Shown here piece after piece: positions 39,724 through 56,699 of a stretch of DNA of 64,000 bases. The first letter of the stretch is position 1, and each line of letters opens with the position of its first letter. The stretch lies in assembly GCF_009914755.1 (NCBI RefSeq), contig NC_060932.1. One strand, written 5' to 3'. The notes beneath the pieces are model-generated. The model had not been told where the DNA came from. It did not search any database and worked only from the letters and a program-made list of their open reading frames with translations. This stretch comes from the human T2T-CHM13v2.0 reference genome, Homo sapiens. The position numbers and the translations under genes were made by a program.

Positions 39724-42700
39724 TACTTGGTTCTTTTTTATGATATCTATCTCTGGTAAATTTCTCATTTATATTCTAAACTGTTTTTCTGATTTATTTG
39801 TTTATCTGTGTTCTCTTGTATCTTGCTGAACTTCTTTAATATCACTATTTTGAATTTTTTTCCAGGATTTTACAGCTTTTTTTTCATTGCTGGAAAATTA
39901 TTATATTCCTTTAGAGGTGTCATATTTCCTTGCTTTTTTATGTTTCTTGCATCCTCATGTTTGTATCTGTGTATCTGGTATAACAGTTGCTTTTTCCAAT
40001 TTTTTAAATTGACTTTTGTAGGATAGGATTTTTTCTGAAGATGTATCTATGCTTTTGGTTGGGTAGGGCACTTTGGCTTTGATTCTGGATGCATGCAGTG
40101 GTCTAGTCTCCATATGATTTCTTTGGCTATAAATAGTGTCAGTGGTATCTGTGATTTCCTCAGTGGCTTAGGGTGCAATTGTTAGTGGAGGCTGTGGTAG
40201 AGTTTTGCTGGAGACAGGGACACCAGGTCAGCCAGTCCTCAGGCCCCAGTGGTGGCAGCAGCAGGTCAGGCATGCCTGTCCTTGCCAGGGCAGCTTCTGC
40301 TGGCGCTGACGTTAGCCGGTCTACGTGAGCCAATTCTTCGTCCTCCAGGTGGCTTGCTTAGGTGCCAGTGGTGACAGTGGTGGGCCAGGGGAGTGGGTAG
40401 GTCCTTGGGCCCCTGGTAGCAAGCATGACATGGGCAATGGCAGTAGTAGTGGAGGGACAACCCTCTGGTTCCCACGTGGTGGTAGCCCCAATGGGCTAGG
40501 TGGGCCAGTCCCCTCCTCTCAGACTTTGAAATCAATGAGGTGGGTTATGTTTTGCCATGGTGCTCATTCCTCAGACACCTATGGACCATGGAGGGCATGA
40601 GTGTCCAACAGAGACTGTGCTCCCTACACCTAGTGGTTATATTCACCAAGTTAAAGTGAGACTCACATAGAAACTTCCACTCCCCTGAAAGTGGTTTTTA
40701 TTAATATCAAGGAAACAATCAATAATATCTGGACAGTTCAGGTAATCTGTGAACTTTAAGATCAATATGGCCTTAAAAATCAACCTTCATATCCTGATAC
40801 ATTAAAATTTATATTTGTATCCACCCAAATTTCTCTCTGCACTACCTGAAACTGTAAGAGTATGTTAATATAACATTCTATACCCTTGCCTACCTTCTGT
40901 AAACCTTCTCATATACATTCTTCTATGACTATACCATGTCTGCTGTAGTGTAAGAACAAAGTATTTGCCAAATAAATATTCACTAATTGATCAATTCTCT
41001 TCATTGAACAGTATTAACAAAATAAAAATAAAAGTTACATCTAATATTCACTGCTTTCTCTATGCCAGGCATTTGTTAGTATGTTATATACGTTATCATA
41101 TTTAATGGAAAGACCAGAGCAAATTGAGCTGGACTGCAATTTTAGCTCTGCTAAGAAAGCACAATCTGAAAGGATTTCCACCAAACTGTAATGCTGGTTA
41201 CCTGTGGGGGGTAAGCTTGGGGGAACAGAGTGAGAAAATTCCACTTTGGTTTATATAGTCATAGATGCATGAATTATAACACACACACACATTTTGTATA
41301 AGCCTTATAAATCTAGTATGTGTTATGCAGGCAAAGTGTTTAAAACTTATCTGCTGTTTTGAATTTTTAAGAAATTTAGTACTCTATAAAATGTAAAACA
41401 TTTAAACATTGCAACAGATAGGGAATTTACAACAAATTTAAATTAAATATGATTGATATTTTCTAATTCATTTCTCTTATTTTTCATGTTCAAAGCCCTA
41501 CCATAACCTTTGTGACCATATCCAAATATATACATAATAATGTGCATATATAAAAGGTCATACTTCTGCCATTAAATATAATGTACACCATAATAATGCT
41601 AACAATCACATATATATACAAAATTTGTTTTTTGTCTTGCTACTTTTCTATATTTTTCAAATTAAAAAGTTATTTGACAAATATAAATAATTTTGCTCTA
41701 TAGCTTCCTAACTGTTGTGACCTTGAGCAAGGCATTTTAGCATTGTAGCTATGATCATCCTATAAGATAGGGATGATATTTCTTCATGGGGTCACAGAGA
41801 TGAACAGATGAGACAGGGATGGGGCACAATATTGGCAATGAGATGTCATGCAAGTCACTGTGAGGCTGGGGAGGTTAAGTGCCTGCCCAACCCTGAGCCT
41901 CAGCTCTTCACTCACACCCTGAGAATGACACCCCTACCACCTGCAGAGCCACACTAGCACAGAATGGACGCATGCAATATGTGAAGCACTAAAACCATTA
42001 ACCCACTAGTTCATTGGCAGACAAGCTCTGTGTGGGGTGTTGAGGCTGCTCAGGGGATCTGGACACAGCCCTAATTCCTCATCAGGACAGCCTTCCCCAC
42101 TCACATTCCTAAATGAAGTATGAAGGCAAGGAAAAGCAGGAGTGCCCCACCCCAGCCCCTAGGGCCCCCTCCCAGAAGAGTGCCCCCATCCAAGGTGCCT
42201 CACCTTGCTGAGGCCAGTGGTGACCACCATGCTCTCAGTACCATACCAGAGGCCATTGTCTTTTCATTAATTCCCACTTCACTGCAAGGAAATTATACAA
42301 TTATAAGAACAATAAATACACTTGCACTTGCTCAGCAGGCTTTATTTTCAAAGCACATTTGTATCTGGTGTCTTGTATGAGTCATTCCCAATATCTTAAT
42401 TAACAAGGGTAATATTTCCTTTTTAAAAATTATAATTGTGGTTAAAGGTGTTAGAAAGTCATCCATGGCATGTGTTAAGACAGAGAGGAAGACTTTATTC
42501 AGGGGTCACTGTAACAGTTGCAGGGACCACTGCAACGGAAGTTTGGCAGTGGCAAAGAAAGGATGGACTCAGTTCCAAATACAGCAAGGAAAAGTGGGAG
42601 TTTATAGCAAAGGAGCAGTGTGGGGGTATGTGGATGAAAAATGCTGAGAGGAAACATAAGAGTTAAGGGGGATTCTGGCTAAGCTGAGTGACTAGGAATC

Positions 42701-43062
42701 TTCTGAAGACAGGCCAGGGTGATTCCTGGGGGATGGTGGGGATAAGGAATTTGACTGATATTAAGCGTGATCAGATATTGAGAGTGGGGGGATCTGGATA
42801 AACCAACCTAGCAGAGTTCTTGCTAAAGATGTGCCCTGCAGGTGGAGACAGAAGCCCCGGGTCAGGCCTGGTGGAGGGGAGGGCTCAGGAGGCTGACTAA
42901 AGTTTGGTCCAGGAGAGAGTTGCCATCAGTCAAATGTCCTTCTTTCCTATGAACAATGTAAATCTATTACTTGTTGTGTTCCCTCTTGTTTATTAAGGAC
43001 CAGCTGATTCATCTGGTGAGACTTTGTGGTAGAGGACATTTGCAGGATGGTGTGAGCAGTCA

Positions 43063-43428
<366 letters not shown>

Positions 43429-44362
43429 CTAATGGTTAGAAACCCAGCTTCTGAATCCACAGGGCAGCTAGTCAAGATTTCTAGAATTAAGCTCAAAGCA
43501 TCATTCAGTGGAGGTGTGAGGACCGCAGGGGTGATCTGACAGTTTCCTGGTGTGCAGTTTAATGTTTTTGGTGATTGCAGTGGGTGTTCCAGTGAACTTT
43601 CTGAGTGGCTTATTCAGCAGTGGGCGCATGGGTTACTCAGATGTGATCTGTTGTGGGGGATTCCTTGAAGCTTCTTCAAGGAAACATCTTCAAGGAAGAT
43701 TCTTCAATTCGGGAGTTGACCCAGACTTTGCCTGCAATATCTATAGATTTGGGCGAATTCTTCTCTACCAGACATCCCTAAGATATCTTAAGTTTCCTGG
43801 ATCTGCCAGGAAGTGACTTTCCTTAGTCACCTGCAAGGCTGGGAGTCCTGTAATTGAGGTACCAAGATGGTTTTTCCAAGTGGACTCTGTAAGCATTGGC
43901 TCTTTGGAGTTAACCTTACCTCCCTAAAGCTGTCTGGTCACCGCAGATTCTCACATGTGACATTCCAGTAAAAGCCTTGGTAATCTATCCAATGTATCCT
44001 GTTACAAGTAAAACATAGTCTTATTGAATGCATGCAAATAACTGTGTTGCCATGAAAATAAAAATACTCAATAAGAGTTTTCCAATCCTGGAGCAATCAG
44101 GAGGGGAGAAAGAATAAATGTTTCATTTCTGTTTATAAAAGTACAATAACTTAAGAGAAAAGAGAAAGGGGTTTCTTATGTCCAGAAAAGAGAACATTAA
44201 AGGATCATCAGTGTTCCAGACAATAACTATAATCATCTTTTATCTATTCATTCGGTCCCATGTGATTAAATCTTGTTCTGTGTGACCTTGAGATAGCAGT
44301 TTCATGAACTATCACCTTCTCCACAAGAGCTCTGAAAATTCTGACTCAGCCCAGCATGGTCT

Positions 44363-44881
44363 TATAATGGTCAATTTTAGGTGTCAACTTGACTGGATTA
44401 AGGGATATCCAGATAGCTGGTAAAGTGTTATTTCTGGGTATGTCGGTGAGGTTTTTCTGGAAGGGACTGGCATTTGAATCAGTGGACTGAGTAAGGGAGA
44501 CCTCCTCTCACCAATGTGGATGTCATCACCCAAGCCATTGAGGATCCAGATAGAGCAAAAAGGCAAAGGTAAGGCAAATTCTTTCCCTGTCTCTTTTCTG
44601 GAACTGGGACATCTTTCTTCTCCTGTCCTGAGACATCAAAACTTCAGGTTCTCTGGCCTTTGGCCTCAGACTGAGAGTTACACCACCAGCTTCTCCAGTT
44701 CTGGAACCTTCAGACTTGAGCTGAGCCATACCACTGGCTTCCCTCAGTCTCCAGCTTACGGACAGCCTGTTGTGGGACTTCTCAGCTTCCATAATTATAC
44801 GAGCAATTTCCCTAAAAAAATCCCCTCTTATCCATCTCTCTCCTATTGGTTCTGTCTCTCTAGAGAATCCTGACTAATACA
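44363..44881 (+). mobile_element. MLT2B-type ERVL LTR
   Basis: GTGTCAACTTGACTGGATTAAGGG...CTGACTAATACA; perfect GGTCT TSD. Confidence 0.87.
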
Positions 44882-45304
44882 GGTCTCAAAGTTTTCAAAC
44901 GATGCCATCACAAATCATTCTGGCCTACACCTGATTGCAAATGCTTTCAGGGAAGAATCAGAGTAACACAAAACCATCTGTGAATAACAAAATATTTTAA
45001 ATGGGTATGCTTAGATATCTGATGAGAATGCATTTGACAAAAGACTTTTTTTATAACATACAACATTTAATAAAAACAATTGAAATTGTGACCGATAATA
45101 TGGAACTGGATAAAGCATGGCCAGTGCAGGCACTGACAGTTGTCCATAGCTCTGCACAACTTCTGAAAGAGTTACATTAAGACGATTTACCCATATAAAT
45201 ACAACCTAAAGAAGGTTACACACCCTTCTTATTTAACAATGACTCTTCATGCAATTCAACATATCAAATAAACCAAATTAGGTTTTGACATTCTCCTACA
45301 AGGT

Positions 45305-45633
45305 TGTCTTAGTCAGTGCTGTGCTGCTATAACAGAGTACCTGGGAGGTTTAGTTCTTACACTTCTGGAGGGTGGGAAGTCCAAGGTTGAGGGCCTGCAT
45401 CTCGCAGTGGTCTCTTGGCTGCATCATCCCATGGTGGAAGGTGGGGGGATATGGGGGGAGGAAAAGGGGTTGAACTCATCCTTTTATAAGAGTCCACTCC
45501 TGTAATAACGAACCCATTCATGCAGAGCACTCATGACCTAATCACCTACCAAAGGCCCCACCTCTCAACATTGTTGCATTGAGGATTAAGTTTCCAACAC
45601 AGGAACTTTGGGAGACACATTCAAACCATAGCA
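45305..45633 (-). mobile_element. MST-family MaLR LTR
   Basis: TGTCTTAGTC...CATTCAAACCATAGCA; TSD AAGGT/AAAGT. Confidence 0.8.
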
Positions 45634-45834
45634 AAAGTGAAAGAATTCCTTTGGAATTATCTGGGACCTTATGGGAAGTTCCAGGTCCGTTCAAAAACAA
45701 GATTTCATTTAGGATTTGATCTGGGAAGGCAAAATTGTCGAAAATATTTTTTAAAAACCTTAGCTATTATAAAGGCAAGAAATCTCCATTTTCTTAAGTA
45801 ATCCAAGATATAACAAAGGTTAACAGAAAGCTTG

Positions 45835-48930
<3,096 letters not shown>

Positions 48931-50365
48931 ACTCCCTGGACTGCAGATATTTAATGAATATCTATCATTTAATTTAACCTAGTATAACTTCAAGATTTCA
49001 AGTTACTAACAAGGAACTCTTTTAGGCAGACATAATACTACACAAGACTAGTCATCATCTCAAGTTGTTTCCCTGTTAACTCCTTTAACCTTATTTGGCT
49101 AGTAAACCCAAGTATCATACTTAATGCTAAAAACTCAGACGACAGTGTTTTTATTAAACTGACAATAGTAAACTAATCTTATTTACCAAAGATTTGCTCA
49201 AGCCATGCGAGCTCAAAAAGGCATTTGGAGTAGTTCCTATTCTGAGAGTTGGGAAATATTTAATTAGTATAAGTGCTCATTTATCTCTAAGTCAATTTCA
49301 ATAGAATTCCTTGAAGGGATTCTTTGAGTCCCTCAACAGTCCGTCTGGGGGCAGGGCCCTAAGTTCCAGAGACTGAGGGGCTGGGGTGGGAAGGGAAGGT
49401 CTGGCAGGTGGACAGAGGGTGGTGGGGCATGAAGGGTGCCTGCCAAGGGCTACAGGGAGGGGAAGCAGGGAAAAAGAAGGAGCGGCCAGAACCTGGGAGA
49501 GCTTCAGGTTCCAAAGAGGCTGGGGAAGCTCCACATTACCCTCAGCAAACTCCGGCCAGCAGGGAGGGGTGGGAGGTGGAGCACGCACTCCACAGGGCTC
49601 AAGAAGGGGGTTCAGCCCAGGGAAGCAGCCCTGGATCCAACAGACGGAACAGGGGGTCTCACAGAGAGCTGGGAGAAAGAAGCTTCCAGCCCAAGAGGCT
49701 GAAGAAGCCTCACTCAATGTGCAGGGCTGGGAGAAGAGCTTCTAGCCCAGGAGGCACCATTCAAAGGAAACCTGGCCCTAGCCCCACTCCTGGAGCATGC
49801 TCAGAACCTGAGGAATGGAAACCTGCCCCGACCTCCAGAGGACGTTTGTCTGGAGCCTGACTCTCCAGTGGATCCACTGAATCAGGAGCAAACACAAACG
49901 CTTCAAAGGTGAGCGCTCAGGGGCCTGGGCGAGAGGTCCGGGCCCAGTGGTGAACCTGATCTCATCCAAGCTGTGGCCCCACAGCTGTCAAGGGCAGAAC
50001 AATTCCCTGGCACCTGTCAGAGCACGGTGAGGAAGACCCCATTCAGGACATCGTCATAGGTGTGGGGACCACTGAAATGGAATTTTGCAGTAGGGGAGAG
50101 AGACTGGGCTCAGCCCCAAATTCGACAAGGAAAAGTGGGAATCTATAGCCAAGGAGCAGGGTCGGGGTTAGGGTTAGGGTTAGGCATTAGAGCGGGATTC
50201 TGGCTGAACTGACCCACCAGGATTCTTGCTGAAGACAGGTGGGGCCATCAGACATCACCTAGGGGTGGGGTGGGGTGAGAAACCCTATCAGGTGTCGAGG
50301 GTCAGGGGTTCCTACTAAACCAACCTCAGATTCTTGCTTAAATCAGTCTCTTGAGGACGTGTCCA

Positions 50366-50927
50366 TGTGTAAGGAAAATAAATCTTGGGACCCCAAACTC
50401 ATTAAGCCAAAGGGAAAAGTCCAGCTAGGAACTGGGTCATGCAAACCTGCCTCCCCTTTTTGGTTCCTAAATAGGATGGCTACAAGGTGAAAAGCTACAC
50501 ATTTCCCACAAGGAAATCCCCAGGGAGCTCCAAGATATTTACCCTAAATATCTTGTTATTTAGGGTAAAAATACCCTAAAGCATTTTTGTTAAAGTTCAC
50601 CATGGCAATGTCAATGGACAGCTTATCGTTACAGGTGCACTCACCCCTCTGCCCACCTGGCACAAATACACATCTGATTGTTCCCCTGCCTCATTTGTCT
50701 ATATTATCTTATGTAAAAATGCAGATTCACTGAGCATATTTTTCCCCATCCCCCTCACATGAAAATTGTGTACTTCTCAATATCCTGTTCTTTCTTCTTT
50801 AAATTCGGAGCCCTCAAAATCACCTTCAGAAAAAGGCCTAGACCTGTCTCCCGGGCGCAAGTCAAACTTTGGCAAATAAATCTCCTAAAATGATTGAGAC
50901 TTGTCTCATCATTTTTCTTGATTGACA
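50366..50927 (+). mobile_element. MER4-family solo LTR
   Basis: GGAAAATAAATCTTGGGACCCCAAA near the start, TG...CA ends, perfect TCCA TSD. Confidence 0.85.
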
Positions 50928-51554
50928 TCCACGGATAGGCATAGTTGGACCAAACTCAGAAGTCCAACTGGAGTTTGGTCAAGGAGACAAGCTTTGTGAA
51001 ATGCTCTTCTGTACTTAAATAATTATATTTATATGCCTTTAAAATGTGGAAACTGAACCTCATAAACACGTGCATTGTTAAAGTCCGTGACCTAGAATCA
51101 CAACAAAGCAGTGCAGGTGAAGACCATGGACGGCTGCCAGCCTGACCGCAGATCCAGGCTCCAGCCGCCAGCTCCGAGGCTTGGGTAAATCACATGCTGT
51201 CTCCGTGCCTCGGTTTCCTCATCTATCAAACAGGAGTAATAGGAGTGCTTAGCCCATGGGGTGGCTGTGAAGATCTTACAATAGTGTCTGGCTATAGGAG
51301 GTGCTTACCAAGCCTTTTCTATGGTTATTGATCTCTAGGGACTTGCAGAGTCACCCTGAGAGGCACGGCCATGCCTAGACTGGAAAACTGGTTTTGAACC
51401 ACAGGGCCAGGAGGAGAGAGACCGGCGGCAGGCCCTGCAGGCTGGGCGGGCGCAGAGCTACGGGCAGGGGCCTCTCTCCTCCCCAGCCCAGAGCTGTTTC
51501 TCCTTCCACCACTCAGAGCTGGCCAGGCCAAAGCAGCCTGAGCTCAGGGCCATC

Positions 51555-51695
51555 CACGCACTACCCACAATACACGCTATGCACACGCATGCCACACACG
51601 ACACACACAACACACCCCGTATACACACATGCCACACACACGCTCCATACACAACACATAACACAGGCACACATACTCTACACACACCACACACC
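51555..51695. repeat. CA-rich low-complexity tract
   Basis: Imperfect (CA)n. Confidence 0.85.
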
Positions 51696-52632
51696 GACAA
51701 TACCGGCGGGATGCAAGCCCGCCTCCCTCCCTGTGTTCCAGTCCGTGCCAGGGACCTCGGCCTGACCTCCTGCAGGGAAAGGAAGTGGAGGAGAAGGGGG
51801 TGGCAGTGACCCACAGCTAGGTGCCCCTCCACCACGGAGTTTGTCATTTTTGTAAAGATGTCAACACAGAACATTTTTAAAGCAGAGACGCAGCAGGACG
51901 CGCAACTGCAGTCTCAGGCCGACCTTCCTGCTTTCTCGGTGGCAAATTCCAAACCCCAGAGGAGTAAAGCCAGACCCAGGGTCAGGAAGTTGGACGCCGC
52001 CCTCGCCGCTCCAGGGTTTGCCCAGAAAAGCTCTGGGTGAAACAATGTGAGGAAGCTCAGGTATCGGTCAACAATGGCCTGGTCATTCCCAGCCCTTTTC
52101 AGGTTTTCTGCTCCCTGGCTGAGGCCGCTGGCATCTGCTTATTTTTTTAGTGATTACATTTTTAAAGGTTTCTCCTTAGCCAATTTGCTTGTCCCATTTA
52201 GTAGTAAAATATTTGCTAAAATGGTGTTAAAATATGCTATATCTTTTAAAATATATTGTATGTACTTTTTTTCCTGCTTTAATGAATAATACACTTCATA
52301 ATAGGCTACTTGGTAGCTAATGAAAAGCACAAAGTAACTAGAAATTAGCCAATATGATAACCTAATAATCAAGCCGAGCAACTTGGCACTTCACCTAACA
52401 CAGGGAAAGCCCAATGCGTCATTTGGCAAACGCCTGGTGACTTAAAATTGTGATGAGACCCCAAGGCTCCCTTTCCTGCCCTCCCTCCAGCCACACAGCT
52501 CACAGGTGGCCCCAAGTCATCCCCTAGGATTGGGTCCAGCCTGGCTGGAATTTTGGGAACTCTCCAATATCTCCTTTCAGGAGCAATCGCCTCCTCCACC
52601 TCCCCTCCCTCTCGTCCTCCCACTGACTAGCG

Positions 52633-52718
52633 GTGACCAGTCTGAGCCCAGGCCGCCGCAGTGACCAGTCTGAGCCCAGCCCGCCACAGTGACCATTCTG
52701 GGCCCAGCCCGCCGCAGT
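52633..52718. repeat. 28-bp tandem repeat, 3 units (GTGACCAGTCTGAGCCCAGSCCGCCRCA)
   Basis: Units start at 52633, 52661 and 52689. Confidence 0.9.
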
Positions 52719-53480
52719 AGGGTGAGTGCCACGCCACTCCTTCTTCTCAGGGGCCACAGAACGGCCTCTATCAGCCCCTTCCCAGAGTCCTGCCAGGCAG
52801 CCTCTCCTAGAACCTCTCCAGCCAGGCTCTTCCAAATCCTCTCCCCACCAGGCCTCAAATTTAGACTTCCGTGTCACATTTTCTGGAGGAACCCTGCTGG
52901 GCCAGTTCAGCCAGAATCCCGACCCTGAAGGGCTGCGTGTCCTGTGTCCAAGGAGGGCTCAGAGACCCCCAGAGAGGCAGGGCGTGTGTAGGGAAGGGAA
53001 CGGGCGCAAAACCCCCAGTTCGAGGTCTGAGTCTGCCCTGGGAAAGTGGCCCCCATGCTCAGGATGGTTCTGGCTTGGGCTGGTTGGCAGGTTCATGCTG
53101 GTGACAACGGGATCCCCAATATAGCCGCAGTCCATGCGCTTATTGGGAAATGCAGGAAGGACAGTGTCGAGATCTGAAATCACCTCCAAGCAGATGCGAG
53201 CCATCCCAAGATCTCAGGCCAGGCAGGGTCCTCACTAAGCTACCTACGTGAGAGTGAGATGTTCTTCCTGGACCCTATCCACAAAATCCCCAGGCAGGGA
53301 TATCCGGACCTCAAAATATGATTTAGTCATTTATAAAAATAGCTTCCCCAAAAATTAAAGGAAAAAGACAACAAACTCTTAAAGTCTAAGAATTAATATG
53401 TGTTCATTTAAAAAAAAATTAAACAATGCTGAGAAAATGCCAAAATAAAGCAATGAACATTGATTCCTGCCGCTCATAGT

Positions 53481-53925
53481 TTGGGAGGCAGAATAATGGC
53501 CTCCCCCAAAGATGTCCCCGTCCTAAGCCTCGGAACCTGTGACTATGTGAAAAAGGGGAAAGGGGGATTGTGGTTGCCGATGCAATTAATTTCACCAAAG
53601 CTGCTCTTAAAATATGGAGATTGTCCTAGATTATCTGGGTAGGCCCATCGTAGCCACCAGTATCCTTAGTAGTGGAGGCAGGAGCAGAAGAGATGACCAG
53701 AGATCTCGAGGAGGACTCAGGCAGCCTCACTGGCTGCAAAGATGGAGGGGCCTGAGCCCAGGAGCATGGGACCCTCGGAAGCCGAGAAGAAGAGGAGAAG
53801 GAGCCTCCAGAAGTAGCCAGGACTGCCAACTCCTTGGTTTCAGCCCAGTGAGACCTGCTTCAGATTTTTACTTCCAGACCATAAGTTAATTTGTTTGTGG
53901 TCATTATTTTACCAGCAATACACAC
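53481..53925 (+). mobile_element. MLT1D-like MaLR LTR
   Basis: GGCAGAATAATGGCCTCCCCCAAAGATGTCC start; TTCAGCCCAGTGAGACC block. Confidence 0.75.
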
Positions 53926-54031
53926 ATAGATGACATTCATTGCATTTGGAGAAACTTCATTCAGAATTTGTTTCAATGTTTAAGAATCTTTCTGTTCACT
54001 CTTTTTCTGCCCTTTAAAAAATTATACTCTA

Positions 54032-54322
54032 GGCAGGGCACAGTGGCTCATGCCTGTAATCCCAGCACTTTGAGAGGCTGAGGCGGGCGGATCACAAGGT
54101 CAGGAGTTTGAGACCAGCCTGGCCAACATCGTGAAATCCCGTCTCTACTAAAAATACAAAAATTAGCCAAGCATGGTGGCGCACGCCTGTAATCCCAGCT
54201 ACTCGGGAGGCTGAGGTAGGAGAACTGCTTGACCCCAGGAGGCGAAGTTCGCACTAAGCTGAGATTGCGCCACGCACTCCAGCTTGGGCAATAGAACGAG
54301 ACTCTGTCTCAAAAAACAAAAA
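54032..54322 (+). mobile_element. AluS
   Basis: Full dimer; TSD ending ATACTCTA. Confidence 0.92.
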
Positions 54323-54900
54323 ATACTCTAAATTCAAATTTTTCATCCAGCCTTTTTCCATTTAATGCCATGTAATAAGAATTTTAATAAGACATTAAAA
54401 ATTCTCAATAATACAAATCTGTGTATTTCTGTAGGAATGCTCCCAGCCAAGTTTCTTAGCACCATGACGGTGTCCAGATGGAGATAAGCCCTCCGTGGTT
54501 TATTACAGCTCTGGCCACGCGGCCATCGTCCTCACAACTGTGTGTCTGGCTACACCGAGAGTCCCTGGAGTAGACGCCTCTCCCTTGTTCATGTTTGTGC
54601 TCAGAGCTCAGGACCTTTCAGGAAGCAGGTGCTCAAAACAGACAGGCTGACTGAACAAATTTAAACGGATCCATTCACAAAGCAACTCACCTCAACATGT
54701 CCCAAGGTCTTTTCGAAAGATCCTTGCCCATTAAAAATGAGATTCTCTTAGAAAATGCAGGACTTGACCTCATCAAGGAGGTGGCGTTCTCATGGGTCTG
54801 ATGCCCATGGAGTCCCTCCCAGAGGAACATGGGTGACTGCCCTGCATGTGGCTGACGCAGGTGGACAGGCTATAATTTCACTGACTGAAAAGGACTTTAG

Positions 54901-55198
54901 GGCCGGGTGTGGTGGCGCATGCCTATAATCCCCGCACTTTGGGAGGCTGAGAGACAGGAGTTGCTTGAAGCCAGGAGTTCAAGATCAGCCTGAGCAACAT
55001 AGAGAGACTCCTATCTCTACAAAAAATTAAAAAATGAACTGGGCCTGGTGGAGCACACCTACTGTCTCAGCTACTCAGGAGGCTGAGGCAGGAGGATCAC
55101 TTGAGCTCAGGAGTTCAAAACTGCAGTGAGCTATGACTGGGCCACGGCACTCTAGCCTGGGCTACAAAGTGAGGCCTCATTTTAGAAAAAAAAAAAAA
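54901..55198 (+). mobile_element. AluJ
   Basis: Diverged dimer with poly-A. Confidence 0.9.
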
Positions 55199-55208
55199 TA
55201 CTGTTTCC

Positions 55209-55550
<342 letters not shown>

Positions 55551-56699
55551 TTAAGATGAGCAGGTTCAGAAACATGGAAAAATATGTCATATGCAAAACA
55601 CAGTACATCAGAGAGGACATAAAGCAAACTCAAGGAAGGAACCGTGCCACTGCCTGCTGTCATAGGTAACGTGGTTGGCTGCATTGTTTGAAAGTGTGAC
55701 TTGAATCGTGAACTTTCGATGGGCTAGCAAGATTCCTTGAGGGTTGGCTGATTTGGGGGGCTTTTTCCTCAAAACGGCACATAGCAGCTTGGAAAGTATA
55801 TGCTGGTTGGTCAATTCATCCCCAGATATTATGGGTTATAGACACCAAGATAATATGTGACATTTTGAGAACAGAAAACTAACACATCAACACCAAGTGC
55901 CTCACAACACCACAGGTGTCCAGGGCAGCGGCAGAAGCCAGGGTGTGCCCAGTCTCGGGGAAGGAGCCACATGGATGTGGACAGGCAGAGGCCCTGCATT
56001 CACAGCTGGCTGTGGTGAGGGGGCAGCACCATCACTGTGATTGCGGGAGACTCACGGGCAGGCCGGGGAGCAGGAATAAGAGGCCCAGGTGGGCCCGATG
56101 GGGCAGGGGCGGCTCTCCAGGACCTGGTGCACTGTGGGACTGGTGGGGGCGCACTGAACTTTCTCTGCTGACCTGAAGCTATGAGCAGGGACAAAAGTCC
56201 AGGAAGGGTCACGTGAGGCCATTGGGGCTGCTTGTCACAGGGGCTACTGCTTGGCCTCTGGGACCTGTTCCTAGAGTGAGTAGCCAGCCCTCCTGCAAGG
56301 CGGGCGCTGCGATGGCTCCTGCAGGTGATGGGGCGGCTTCCCAGGCTGGCTGCTCTGCATCGTGGGCCTGAATTCTATTTTTACAAATGGCTGGTCCCTT
56401 GTCTGTTTGCATATTCAGTCTTCCGTCTAGGAGCAGGGGGCGTGCCCTGTCTCAGGCCTGGCTGCAGACGAGTCACAGGCCCTGGAGCCCGGTCTGGGAA
56501 GAGGGTGCTGGCAGACACTTCAGTCCCTTCTTTCTTCATTGCAGAGCCCAGCTCTGCACAGGAGCCCCCCACCCTGGGCTGACAGAGGCTCATCCCAAGC
56601 CAGGAGCCAGTCAGACCCCCTCCTGCCACACCCACGTCCGTCAGGACCCTCCTGCCGCATCCACACCCGTGGCAGCTATGCACTGACCGAATGGCTGCC

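Noticed and set aside
49298-49860. Cluster of overlapping 90-150 aa ORFs
   Set aside because: G-rich degraded ERV leader-type sequence with no recognisable domain or splice structure
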